DNA of 64,000 nucleotides. Source: a virus (Duplodnaviria; Caudoviricetes). A program made the position numbers and the translations under genes. The notes below the pieces were generated by a model that saw only the letters and a list, made by a program, of their open reading frames with translations, had not been told where the DNA came from and searched no databases. The stretch lies in the IMG/VR virus record IMGVR_UViG_3300029288_000002, positions 1 through 64,000 of that record; one strand, 5' to 3'. Below, piece after piece: positions 9,502 through 20,312 of the stretch; the first letter of the stretch is position 1, and the number at the start of each line of letters is the position of its first letter.

Positions 9502-10258
9502 AGCTAATAGAAGAAATTTGTCCGCTTACAGTATATGCGTTGATTCCATTTAACAATCTTGGCCAAAAACCATTAAAATTGTCAAATATAGATAACCCGC
9601 TTGACGAATAGATCATTTGTAAATTTGAATTGATCGTTATAGTTTCATTAGCCACAATACTATTCTGAGTAGTGGTAATTACATCTGTATTATTTGTTAG
9701 TACTAAATTACCGCCACCTGTTCCGTTTACTACAGCAGTTACTACAGGATATGTGTAGTCAATGTTGTCAGTAATATTGTTTATTGTAAATGTGGCACTG
9801 GAAGGAGGAGTCGAGTATGTAACGGTATAAGGGTTAATATCCTGCCATCCCCAGGGGGAGTCACAATGGACAGTACAATCAAAGCCCACTATTTTATTAC
9901 CGATCCTTTGTATTTTCGGTTCTTTCAAAAAAACGTTAAAATAAATATCTTGCATATCATATTGCATAATTCTAAGTCTTTTCCATTGTAATTGCCCAAA
10001 TAACCATTTTTGTACCAAAGTTGTCTCCATTGCGGTTAGTTCTTCTGGTGTATAAATGGATACTGGAAATTCCAAAACTGGCGTTTGTTTAACGCCTAAT
10101 AGAAAAGGTGTTGATCTACGAAAAGGCATATCTGTTACAAGTTCAACATCATTCGCGCCATTTGTAGTAACATCGCCACCCGAAGGCGATGCTATATACA
10201 AATTATAAGTTTCACTTGGTATGCCATCAAATGTAAACGTGTGAGCAAAGAAACCCAT
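9467..10258 (-). CDS. distal tail protein (Dit-like)
   Basis: 263 aa immediately after the tape measure gene; 'FTFDGIPSETYNLYI', 'CDSPWGW', 'WPRLLNGINAY'. Confidence 0.75.
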   Translation of the reverse strand: MGFFAHTFTFDGIPSETYNLYIASPSGGDVTTNGANDVELVTDMPFRRSTPFLLGVKQTPVLEFPVSIYTPEELTAMETTLVQKWLFGQLQWKRLRIMQYDMQDIYFNVFLKEPKIQRIGNKIVGFDCTVHCDSPWGWQDINPYTVTYSTPPSSATFTINNITDNIDYTYPVVTAVVNGTGGGNLVLTNNTDVITTTQNSIVANETITINSNLQMIYSSSGLSIFDNFNGFWPRLLNGINAYTVSGQISSISFVYKLARKVGG

Positions 10259-10284
10259 TTATTCTCCTTTTATATAATAACAAG

Positions 10285-10317
10285 CCCTAAGTATTACTGT
10301 TTTAGTAATACTTAGGG
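10285..10317. terminator. 14-bp stem hairpin after the tape measure gene
   Basis: CCCTAAGTATTACT-GTTTT-AGTAATACTTAGGG; no strong U-tract. Confidence 0.5.
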
Positions 10318-10323
10318 TCTATA

Positions 10324-13300
10324 TTAAACTGAAAACGGTTTTGCTGTTCTGACAATACCGCGTGAACCTAAAGCACTATTCAATTTACCAACGACCTTAT
10401 TAGCTATTTTCTCTATGTCTGGTAAGACACTGCTATCAAGATTCCCTTGTACTGTTATTTCCATGACTTTGCCAATATTTGTTGCGGCATTGGCGATATT
10501 TGTTGCTGCTTGCCCCATCATAGATGGTAAAGTTTTAGTCATAAACGTGTTCATTTGTTGAGGATTTACCACTATCTCGCCATCTAATAACTTAGCCAAC
10601 TCTTCGTTGGATTTCATGGCAAATTGACCACCTACAACGCCCGATTTTACACCAGTATGTTTGCCGATAATACCGTTGCCATTCAGATCAAGACCGTAGT
10701 TTATTTCTTGCTGCCCCACATTAGATGTAGTATTGGCTAAAGAAGTGTCTAAATTACTAATAGCAGTTATCGTATTCGCTATTTCTTTTGCTGCGTTTTT
10801 GGCATTTTCAATAACTTCCAGCAATTTCAGCGAAGCATATTGATAATCTATTTGGTCATTAAGGTTCTTGTACTTCTCTAATACTGCGTATGTACTATCC
10901 CAAGCCTCTTTGACTGTAGCATCAATCCCGTCGCCATAAACTCTGTTCCATTCAATAAGACTCGCATAAAAAGCAGAAGACTTATTATTGATCATATCCA
11001 TTGCATCATTGGCAATCTGTCCGCTTTTCTCTAAATATTCTTCTATAACTCTGACTTTAGCGTCTATTACTGTTTCAAAATTCTTATAGTCTTGGTCAAG
11101 AGCTTCTTTTTCTTCGCTGTACTGGTGATCGCGTTGATACTTTGCTATTTCTTCTTTCTTTTTAGCTTCTTCATCTTGCAATGCTAATCTCTTTGCTTTA
11201 GCCTCTTCACTATCATCCATTGCTAAATCAATTAGCTCTTGCTGTATTGTAGCAAGGCTTTTGTTCTTATCTGCTAATTCGTCTTGAAAATCAGCTTCTT
11301 CTTTAAGATTATCAATATAATCTTTCTGAGTATCAATCAGTTTCTTAAAATCACTTAACTCAGTTTTCAGAGCATCTCTTTCTGCTTCTTTTTGCTGTTT
11401 TATCATTGATATTGTGATTTTAAGTAGATCGCCTAAAGCATCTAACGACTCTTTAGCAGCATCGCCTACATCTTTTGTGCTATCAGCCAAATCTTTTACA
11501 GCACTACTGGCTTTACCTGCAGTGCCTGTAATTTGATTAAACTTCTCTAAACCAAAAACATTAGCATTTAGTGTAAATGTTGTACTAAGTTCTGTAGCAC
11601 CTTGTCCTATTCCTTCAATAAAGTTAGCAATTTGACCACCAACATCACTACCAGAGAAGTCAATTTCAACGCCGTTCATAGACAAAACATTTATGTTTTT
11701 GCCAAAAACGTTAGCAGAAAGATCAAACTTTTCACCTGTTTGTTTGGGGTTAATGTTTATCTTTAAATCAAAGTTTCTAACAGTTTCGGCTAAACTATGT
11801 AGCATATTACCGATATTTGCCATTACATCACGAATAACATTTTGTACTGATATTGCTGTTTGTTGTGCCACTATTTCAAAGTTACCAGTACTTTGAGACA
11901 TATAGTTATATATGTCGTCTGATGTTTTTAGTATATTCCCCTGAACATCTGTAAACACTTCGCCAGATTGCGCGGCAGCATCAGCAACGATTCTCGTTTG
12001 TTCTTCGTAATCTTTTGTGCCGACTTGAATTGTTTCGTCTAATATTTTACCACGGGCAATATCTACAGACGATGCTAATTCTTGCATATTCTTTAGCTTT
12101 TCATTAGCAGCAGTAAGATTTTCTGTGTTTTTTATTCGTTCTGCACTATCTTCCGCGCTTTCATCACCATACCCCGCCATCATATTGTTTATAACGCCAA
12201 ATACATCTGTAAGTTTGGTAAGTTCACCCATATAGTCAACAATACCAATTTCACCAGAATCGAACATTGTATTTATTTGCTGTAATGATTCGCTTGCGTT
12301 ATAAACCAGTCCGCTAAAGAAGGTTTCGGCAGCTTCTTTGTTATCGCCAAATGTTTTCGTCATGTCAATACTTTCCAACTCGACTTTCAGTTGTTCAAAA
12401 TATTCATTTGACGAAATTACACCTTGCTCGTTTAGGTAATTAAGCTCTGTTAGTTGTTTGCCTATTTTCGCAAACTCTAAATTAACTTCACTGTAATCGG
12501 CTAAATCTATATCAGTAGTACTACCTGTTGTAGCAGTTAACGGTTTACTCTGAATCGCCATTAGCTTATTGGTTGCATTTAGTATATCTTGGAATGAATG
12601 AGCATACTCTTTATTATCCGGTGTTGCTCTTGCAACCTGATCTCGATAATTTTTCAATATCGCAGTTTCTTGTTCAGTAGCCCCTGCTGCCTCTCTCGCT
12701 ACTATTGCCTGATCTATTTTAGAAAGGTTATATTGTTTTACCGCATCTGTGTCTAATACAACCTGCCCACCTTCAACCTTTAAGGCTGAAATAAGGTCGG
12801 GATAAGTATTCATAAGATCAACAATATCAGTAAATTCTAATTTCCCTTCGAGAGCAGAAGAGCTTATTTTTGTTAGATTTGATATATCTTTGTTGAGCAA
12901 TGACAATGTTGAGGCTAAAGTTGAATATGCCTTATTTAGCTGTTCTATCCCCTCTACCATTGGAGAAACAATACCGTCTCGTATTTCTTTACCGTCTAAC
13001 AGCGATTGATCTTTTATTACGGACATTTCTGCTACAAAATGTTCAGCTAATACAATGGTCATACCATACATATTTTTACCAATGAGATCGCCGTTTTCAG
13101 ATATAGAAAGACCAACTTCGTTGGCAGCAGATATTATTTGGTCTTTATATTCTTGATAATTGGTAGAACTTTTTTGTAAAGCAATATTTAACTCAACTAA
13201 ACCCTTTTTAGCAATATCAGTATCGCTTACAAATGCCCACCCGAAAGCGTCCATACCACTTGCGCTTTCCCTTGCCGCTCTCATTGCTTTTATTGAGTTA

Positions 13301-16300
13301 GCATACGCATTAACTAAATCGCCAGCTTGTTTGCCTTCTTGTTGCAAGGATTTAAACATATTAGAAAAAGACGCTTCTACTTCTTTATTTCTTTTTTCTA
13401 ATTCTTGGCTTAATTCATATGCTTTAGTACCAGCATACACCATAGTAGTCAAAGCTATAACAAACAAACCTTGTGCAGCGTTTAATGCTAATTGAGCAAT
13501 TGTTTGTTTTACTGTTGCTCCCGTTAAACCAGTCAACATTGGTATAATGCTACCCAAAATACCAGGTAACGTTTTTATTAGAAACGTTTTGCTAACTTCA
13601 ACATTCAGCGCAATCATATCAATAACCAAAAGTTCAAGTATATCTACTACCATACGCAATGGCTCTGGTAGTTCGTCCACATAACCAATAATACCGTCCA
13701 AAGCATCTATCAAACCTATACCAACATCATATGCAGATTTGATAGCGTCTGAATTACCAATAAGCTGTACTAACTTTTCCCATGACTGTGTTAGTCTATT
13801 CGCTTTAGCTTCTACCGATTCAAGGTATATGCCAAAGCGTTGTGTTGCTGATCCCGTAGCGTCTTCTTGTATTTTTAAGAAGCCTACTTTACCAGCAGCG
13901 TTACCTATTACTTGGTCGTAGTTCGACATTAGGATCAAAAAATTTTCTCGCTGCCGGGTTGAATCTGTTACTTTTATGACTATCATGGTATACAATTACT
14001 TTATGATAGCGAATAGGAATCTCTTCCTACTTCTACAGTTTCATTATTATATTATATCTGTAGTCCAGATCATATCTTAGTCTTATTATAGACTGATGAC
14101 GTGGCTTTAGTTGTTACCAACTAAAGCCTGTTGATCGTTACGAGTTCTTATTTATAAACATTTTAAAAACATTGTCTAAGTTGTGTAAATCTTTTTCAAA
14201 TATTTCTATAAGAGGTATTTGACAATCCCTGCAAATAGCTCTTTTTATATTCATTCCTTCAACATAACTTTGCTTTTTAGGAAATCCGAAATATTCTACA
14301 ATAACATTGTCAATTACCCAATCGGTTCTTTTAAAACAACATCTTTCATCGTTGCAATATTTAGAATAATATTCTTCTTTCAAATAGTTTATTCCGTGTA
14401 AATATAAATAATCACATATTGCCACTTCTGCTTTTGAAAAACAATCATCCCCTCGCAAAGATGTTAGTATACTGTTTTCTCTTCCAAACGGAGAAAATAA
14501 AGTTTTTAATCCTACTGCTTTTTTTGCTTTTGTGTAACTTCCAAAATATCTCGCATATGCTTTTGGAGTCGGCAATCCGTACAAACTCAATTCAGCACCC
14601 AAAGGCGTTCTATTTAATTTAACAGATAGTTGTTTTAAATCTTCTAACATCTTTTCTTTATCATACCATTTTACACTCTTTTCTTTTGTTTTATGCAAAC
14701 CATTTTTCAAAGCCATTGTTCTTATACTATGAACTGCACGATTTGGAAAATACTTTTCTTTTAAATATTTGTTTGTGTAAAACGGATATACTTCCTTTAA
14801 AAGTTTCATATCCTCTTCAGTCCACTTTTCTACTCGTGTTAGATTTAGTTCTGACAATTTTTCATAAATTGTAAAAATATTTCTGCCTGTTTGTTTCGCA
14901 AGAGTTTCACAACTTTCTATTAGGTAATTATTCTTTAAATATTCAATTTCTTCTTCCGAAAATCTATACCCGTTGACCGTTATTCCTAACTCGGAGGCTT
15001 TATGGCGTATTGTATCCATTTTGTCTGTTTCTAATAATTTACACAATTTGTCATAGTTTCGAGTTGGATAAACTTCTCTTAAAATAGCTATTCTTTCTTC
15101 ATTCCAATGCCACTTTGTCATTATTATTCCTTTAAAATAATATTGTGATCAGCAACTTATTAAGGGATTGTTAATAAGTTTAAAATAAATGTTTATAAAC
15201 AAGTCTTCTCTCGGTATTGTCTGTATCCAGAGTTTCACCGATATGGTCATCTTCCAGTGATAATTACATCACCCGTATATCGCTATACGTTCTGGCACTC
15301 ATTTTACCAGCGATTGCAGCGGCGGTTGCGGATTTGTCTACATCAGTTAATGTGTTCCATTTCTTTGCAACATCATCTAACACATCTCCCATATTGCGGA
15401 ATGTGTCTTGACTATCTCTAATCTTAATATCGATTCTGGATAAAGCTCTTTCAACATCATTAATGCTTGCGCCTTCTTCATCCAATTTACCAAGTTTAAT
15501 ATTTTCCATGCGTGAGAACATTGTAGCGCACTTTGTTACTTTGCTATACAATAGCAAGGAGATACTTCTTCTGAAAGTGTCTTTACACTTGAGTATCTCT
15601 CACTATATTACTATAGTGATCAGACTGTTGCATTTTCATGTTTAAACATGAAATTGATTCGGTCAGTCTTTGCAACTGCACTCTATTATTAATAGATGCT
15701 TGTTGATCGTTATCCTCAATTAAGTAGGACTTTCGACATTAATTAGAATCAATTTTCATTAGAGTTTATGTGTTATGCTCTAATGCCTCCAACCCTTATC
15801 GGGAAAAGGAAGTTCCAATGGACTCCGCAGACCTTCTACTTATGGAACTCACAAGACCACAATCTGTTGCTTTTATGACCAATTTCATATTGGCGAGCAG
15901 GTATTTTTGCCTGCTTCCACACGTTCATTTAGGTTATATGTGTGGTTCGGAATAAATCATACCCCTCAAATAAGTAGGGGTGTTGGCGTGTGCATACTGT
16001 TACCAGGATGCAACTTATTCTCTACGGGTTCTGTTAATTGTCTAACAGCCTTGCCCTCGGAATCGTCCTGTCCATAGGAGTTTTTCCGATAAAAGCCAAC
16101 TTTACATTCATATATTACTATATGAAGACACTATTATTAATGTAAGCCACTAAGCGTTCCATACTTACACCCACGTTTTGTGCTGAAACAGCACTTCTTT
16201 GCATACCATCTGCTAATTCTGATGCACTGGTCGCAGCCACATTATCTCAAATCTGTTACTAAAGATTATGGCTAAATCTTTTAAGACCTATTTATTATAG

Positions 16301-17721
16301 GCGTTTAGGAATTTCTTCCTAAATCTGCAATTTTATACTTCGCATAGTATTTGCAGACCCGACTGAATATTAACCCTATTGTTGTAGGGTGATGACTTCA
16401 GAATATGTGTTACCACACACTCCCCGCAGTCTGTAGAGGTTCTCTATATAAATAGAGCCTTCCTTCGGTCTCTTCATTGCGAATTGACTTTGACCGATAT
16501 AGTCATCTGCTATCTGGTATAACCAGACCATATATTACTATATGTTTCGGCAAACTTTACCGCTATTAATTTATCCACCACGCCCACTGCATCTTTAGCT
16601 TCTAACTTGAAACCGTTAATAATACTCGTTAAATATTCCGTAGACTGAGCAGAATCCATATTGCCTAATTTAGATAACATCATAGATGCTTTCATTAACT
16701 CTGCTGATTCGGATATAGTCTTTCCCTGCCGAATCCAGGCCAAATTTCCTTCAGCAACTTCTAACGTAGTAGACCCTAACTCTTTAGCTAAACTATTATA
16801 ACTTTTAGCTAAACTATTAGCTTCATCTTTAGTCATACCCGTTACGACTCGCGCGTCAGTCATGGCTTTATCTAAATCTTTGATATACTGAACACCATTA
16901 CCTATTGCCTCTAATGCTCCGTTAATCAAACGAGAAGTAGCTGCAAACTCTACCGTAATCTTCATAGCATCGCCTAAACCAGTAATCCAATTACGAATAG
17001 AGAAGCCGCCAGACTTCAAAGAGGAATTTAGCACATCTAATTCTTTACTTAGTTTTCTTACCTTATCAATATCACCAGTACTTACTGCTGCCTTTAGTTG
17101 TTGTGCAATTCCTTTACCCTTTTCTACATCTGATCCGCCAATAGTTTTTGCCTTCTGTAGAAATTTATCGGCTTGAGTATTTGCCTTTTGCAGTTCTGCA
17201 TTTAGCGACTTTTCTCTGGCAATTTCGTTATCTGTATATTTGTTACTAACCAACCTAAACTCAGTTGCTTTTCCTGTTGCTTTAGATTCCTCTTCTGATA
17301 ACGACACCAGTTGATATTTTGCTGTTACTGCTCTTTGTAAAGCGTCTTGATATTGAATAGTGGCTCTGGTTACAGATTCACCGGTTACTTTATCTACATC
17401 AGTACTAACACTATATGACGCGACCTTAGTATTAACATTGGCGTTTATATCGTTGATTTTGTTTTGCAATTCTGTCAAAACATCTCTGGACTTTCCAACA
17501 TCAATTTTTATTTTTACATCTGCCGCTGAGGCTTTAGTTTTATCTATTTCTTGTTGTATGCCCGTTACAGCAGTTTTTGCTTGTTCCGCGCCCTGTGTAT
17601 TAAGTGTCACATTCAGATTAAAGTTATACTTCTTCTCTAACGCATCAATTTGAGACTGTATCTTACTTGCATCTAATACCGTCTCAAGCATTAGTCTATA
17701 TTTATTTGTATTTCCCGCCAT
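10324..17721 (-). CDS. tape measure protein, spliced from 5 exons (17721-16559, 16247-16140, 15859-15806, 15528-15306, 13959-10324); 1727 aa
   Basis: Exons total 5184 nt and join in frame: ...VDKLIAV|DNVAATSASELADGMQRS...LVAYI|GLVSSISRRSAESIGTSF|ATMFSRMEN...AAIAG|TRQRENFL..., a typical TMP core; long helical protein upstream of Dit. Confidence 0.9.
13960..15305 (-). mobile_element. group I intron 4 of tape measure gene (1346 nt) with endonuclease ORF looped out of P6
   Basis: P1 CUGGU|AAAAUGAGUGCCAG; P3 GAUGAC/GUCAUC; stem CUUGUUUAUAAACAUUU/AAAUGUUUAUAAAUAAG brackets the ORF; P7 ACGAUCA/UGAUCU; ends ...AGUAACAGAUUCA. Confidence 0.88.
14138..15121 (-). CDS. intron-encoded putative homing endonuclease
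   Basis: Repeated W/F-x-EE HTH-like units, 'KLNRTP...YARYFGSY' repeat, C-terminal 'S..E...RTDW...VEYFG' nuclease-like motif; own RBS AAAGGA inside intron 4. Confidence 0.8.
   Translation of the reverse strand: MTKWHWNEERIAILREVYPTRNYDKLCKLLETDKMDTIRHKASELGITVNGYRFSEEEIEYLKNNYLIESCETLAKQTGRNIFTIYEKLSELNLTRVEKWTEEDMKLLKEVYPFYTNKYLKEKYFPNRAVHSIRTMALKNGLHKTKEKSVKWYDKEKMLEDLKQLSVKLNRTPLGAELSLYGLPTPKAYARYFGSYTKAKKAVGLKTLFSPFGRENSILTSLRGDDCFSKAEVAICDYLYLHGINYLKEEYYSKYCNDERCCFKRTDWVIDNVIVEYFGFPKKQSYVEGMNIKRAICRDCQIPLIEIFEKDLHNLDNVFKMFINKNS
15529..15805 (-). ncRNA. group I intron 3 of tape measure gene (277 nt, ORF-less, lacks P7.1)
   Basis: P1 CCUU|...GAGG; P3 AUUGAUUC/GAAUCAAU; P6 CAAC/GUUG; P7 AAGACUG/CAGUCU; ends ...AGUAACAAAGUG. 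Confidence 0.85.
15860..16139 (-). ncRNA. group I intron 2 of tape measure gene (280 nt, ORF-less)
   Basis: P1 ACAU|UAAUAAUAGUGU; P3 GUUGGC/GCCAAC; P4 UCGGAA/UUCCGA; P7 GAGAAUA/UAUUCC; ends ...AGCAACAGAUUG. Confidence 0.9.
16248..16558 (-). ncRNA. group I intron 1 of tape measure gene (311 nt, ORF-less)
   Basis: P1 CGGU|AAAGUUUGCCG with U.G; P3 GAUGACU/AGUCAUC; P4 UCGGUC/GACCGA; P7 CAGACUG/CAGUCG; P7.1 hairpin; ends ...AGUAACAGAUUUG. Confidence 0.9.
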
Positions 17722-17734
17722 TTATCCTCCTTCT

Positions 17735-18784
17735 TTATTCACTTGGAGGATTCTCCTCCGGTACAGATTTCATTTTGTCAATCTCTTCTTGCATTTTGAT
17801 CAACTCTTTCCAACTTTTATCTGCAAATGTAGTATCATCATATACCTTTACCATATCTGCTGATTCCCACCCAAATATCTGTTGAATAAACTCGTGGGGC
17901 ATACCCAACTTAGACAGATACGTTGCGGCATAATGCCTGAGTGCATGTGGGTAAAATGGAACACCAACTATATCTTCGTAGTCTCTAATCCACGACCTTA
18001 CAGTTCCTTCTATAGCAGGAGTCCCGTCTGGTTTTACAAAAAGATAGTTGTGGTTCACGTGTCCTTTGTCTAATATCTTTCTGCGTTCTGGTATCCACGC
18101 CATATAATATGGTGCAAACAATTTCTTGATAATATATTTGGTCAGCATTTTACCACTTTTCGTTCTGCCTTTTGTTTTGATAGGCTTCTTACATTCAATA
18201 AATAGTCCGTTGAATTGAGTATGGTCTAAATCAATAATGTCCGTTGTAAATAATAGCAATTCGGCAAACCTCGCTCCACTTGCAATGGCTAACGTAAACC
18301 AGCAGGCTTCTTGATACTTCTTTTTATTCCAAAGATATTGCAATAGAACATCAATTTGCTTTTCGCTAAATATGGTTTTACTTCTAACACTGTCTCCTTT
18401 AGCTGGTTCAATAGTCTTCAAAATAATATTTCTAAAATTAGGAAATTCGTCATCTCTAACTTTCTCAATATAAATACTCATAGATGACAGACACGAGCGC
18501 ATTCTGTTAAATCGGTTACTACCCCATTTCAAAGTAGTAACACAAAAACCAAAATAGTTTATTAAGTCTGTCTTCTTAATATCAACGAAAAATTTATTGT
18601 CTGCATAATCTAAAATCCAGGTAAAGAATATAATCAAATCAGAATGATAGTTGTTGATTGTTTTATCACTGGCATTGATATTCTTTGCACGCAAAAAGGA
18701 CTCCATAAGATTCATGTTTGCAGGGTTGATTAACGCAGTTTTCTCTTTTGACGTTGTTTTTAGTTGAAACGTATTTCTTGGCAT
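17735..18784 (-). CDS. tyrosine recombinase / integrase-family protein
   Basis: SGARFAELL (R), KTKGR (K), HALRH, FGW, VKVY (Y). Confidence 0.9.
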   Translation of the reverse strand: MPRNTFQLKTTSKEKTALINPANMNLMESFLRAKNINASDKTINNYHSDLIIFFTWILDYADNKFFVDIKKTDLINYFGFCVTTLKWGSNRFNRMRSCLSSMSIYIEKVRDDEFPNFRNIILKTIEPAKGDSVRSKTIFSEKQIDVLLQYLWNKKKYQEACWFTLAIASGARFAELLLFTTDIIDLDHTQFNGLFIECKKPIKTKGRTKSGKMLTKYIIKKLFAPYYMAWIPERRKILDKGHVNHNYLFVKPDGTPAIEGTVRSWIRDYEDIVGVPFYPHALRHYAATYLSKLGMPHEFIQQIFGWESADMVKVYDDTTFADKSWKELIKMQEEIDKMKSVPEENPPSE

Positions 18785-18791
18785 TTCAAAA

Positions 18792-19271
18792 TTAGCCTTC
18801 TTCCCAGGCTATTACTCCTTGTTTATAAAAATAAACTATACCCAAAGCGAAACTATCACTTTGGTCAGTGTTCTCGAATTTAATATTGAACTTTCTTTCT
18901 AATACTTCTAACAATTCTTCTTTCTTTGCAGTGCCTTTTCCTGTTATAATTTTCTTGATAGTAGTAGGGGCATAAGTAAACAACTCACAATCTACAAAAA
19001 GATACTCCACAACTCCTCTGAGTTTGTAGAGTATCTGAGTGCTAACATTGTGTCGTGTAAAGCCGTTTTCTATCACTAAAACTGTGATCTCGTGCTTTGC
19101 TCTCAATTCAAGCAATTTGCTTGCAATTAGCTTCAATCTTTCCCCATGTGTTATACTAACTCCTTTGATTTTAGCTTCTGTTGGTATGCTAAAACAGAGT
19201 TCTAATTCTCCGTTTTCTTTAAATAAAGATACTCCTGTATTAGATAGGGACAAATCCAAGCACAATACCAT
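18792..19271 (-). CDS. ruvC: RuvC-like Holliday junction resolvase
   Basis: LCLDLSLSNTG, VIE, PTTIKKIITGKGTAKKEE, DQSDS. Confidence 0.85.
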   Translation of the reverse strand: MVLCLDLSLSNTGVSLFKENGELELCFSIPTEAKIKGVSITHGERLKLIASKLLELRAKHEITVLVIENGFTRHNVSTQILYKLRGVVEYLFVDCELFTYAPTTIKKIITGKGTAKKEELLEVLERKFNIKFENTDQSDSFALGIVYFYKQGVIAWEEG

Positions 19272-19283
19272 TTTATTTTCCTA

Positions 19284-19910
19284 TTATATTTCAGTAATTA
19301 TTAGTGCAGTATCAGCAGTAATATCCACTTCACCGCTTATTGTATATGCCCGTAATTTAACAACTGTGTCTACTGTAGGAGTAATAATTCCCATGTCTCC
19401 GCCTTTTGAACCGGATGTTGCTGCGCCATACGGATATAAACCCATTATAACAGTGTTGGGTATTATTACATTTGAAGAATCCACTATTGCCAATGTGGCA
19501 TAATCAGCCGTAGACTCATCTACTCCAAAAACGCACGTGAAAGAAATAGCATATGTTTTTCCACCCACAAGAGTTATAGAAGGCGTAGTAAAATCAATAT
19601 TTCCAGTACTATATTGAAACGATATGTCCTCTGCCCCACCCTCTGTTGTTAGTATTTGCATCGCTGTTTTCTTAACATACAGATATGTTCTATCTTGTTT
19701 TACTCCGACCACAGGTGATAAATTTAGCCAATCACTACCATCCCATTGATATAGTAAACTATTTGCAACACAATATCTACCAACAGTTTTGCGTTCAGGA
19801 TGAGTCGTATCAAACCAAGTATCTCTATCTCCAGTTGTTGCAAATATTTCATACGGGTCTACACTAATATGAATTGCACTTGCCGCTAATCCTCGTGCTA
19901 TTAAATCCAT
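19284..19910 (-). CDS. hypothetical, possibly virion-associated protein
   Basis: 208 aa with GGAGG RBS; beta-rich C-terminus. Confidence 0.5.
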   Translation of the reverse strand: MDLIARGLAASAIHISVDPYEIFATTGDRDTWFDTTHPERKTVGRYCVANSLLYQWDGSDWLNLSPVVGVKQDRTYLYVKKTAMQILTTEGGAEDISFQYSTGNIDFTTPSITLVGGKTYAISFTCVFGVDESTADYATLAIVDSSNVIIPNTVIMGLYPYGAATSGSKGGDMGIITPTVDTVVKLRAYTISGEVDITADTALIITEI

Positions 19911-19958
19911 TATACCCTCCTTTGGTCTTACTCTTCCTGAAACTTGCTATAAGGAAGT

Positions 19959-20291
19959 TTACTTAGTAAAATTAGCAGTTACGGTTACATAACCACCAGA
20001 TACACTTGCTACTCTCGCTCTAACTTTGTAAAACGCTGATACATCCCCACTATATAATGCAAACGATACTAACGAAGATGACATGGACAATGTTCCCAAA
20101 TTCATCACTGATACAGGGTAATACGTAGTCGAAGTGTTGCACAATAAACATTCTATTACTACTTCAAACGCTGTAGCTGTTCCTGTTACTTCAAGATTAA
20201 TTTGTTTCATGTCATTGATAACCGTAGAAACACCGTTTGCAGGTGCCACAACTGCACTTTGCAATACAATACCTTCTTTAAACGCTGTCAT
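19959..20291 (-). CDS. hypothetical small beta-rich protein
   Basis: Start moved to MTAFKEG (20291), which has an AAGGAG RBS. Confidence 0.55.
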   Translation of the reverse strand: MTAFKEGIVLQSAVVAPANGVSTVINDMKQINLEVTGTATAFEVVIECLLCNTSTTYYPVSVMNLGTLSMSSSLVSFALYSGDVSAFYKVRARVASVSGGYVTVTANFTK

Positions 20292-20312
20292 ACTATTCTC
20301 CTTTCCTCGCAC

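Noticed and set aside
10324-17721. ORFs 16510..17721, 15264..15557 and 10324..13995 as separate genes or a decayed pseudogene
   Set aside because: They are exons with intron-derived ends; the predicted splicing gives one uninterrupted frame.
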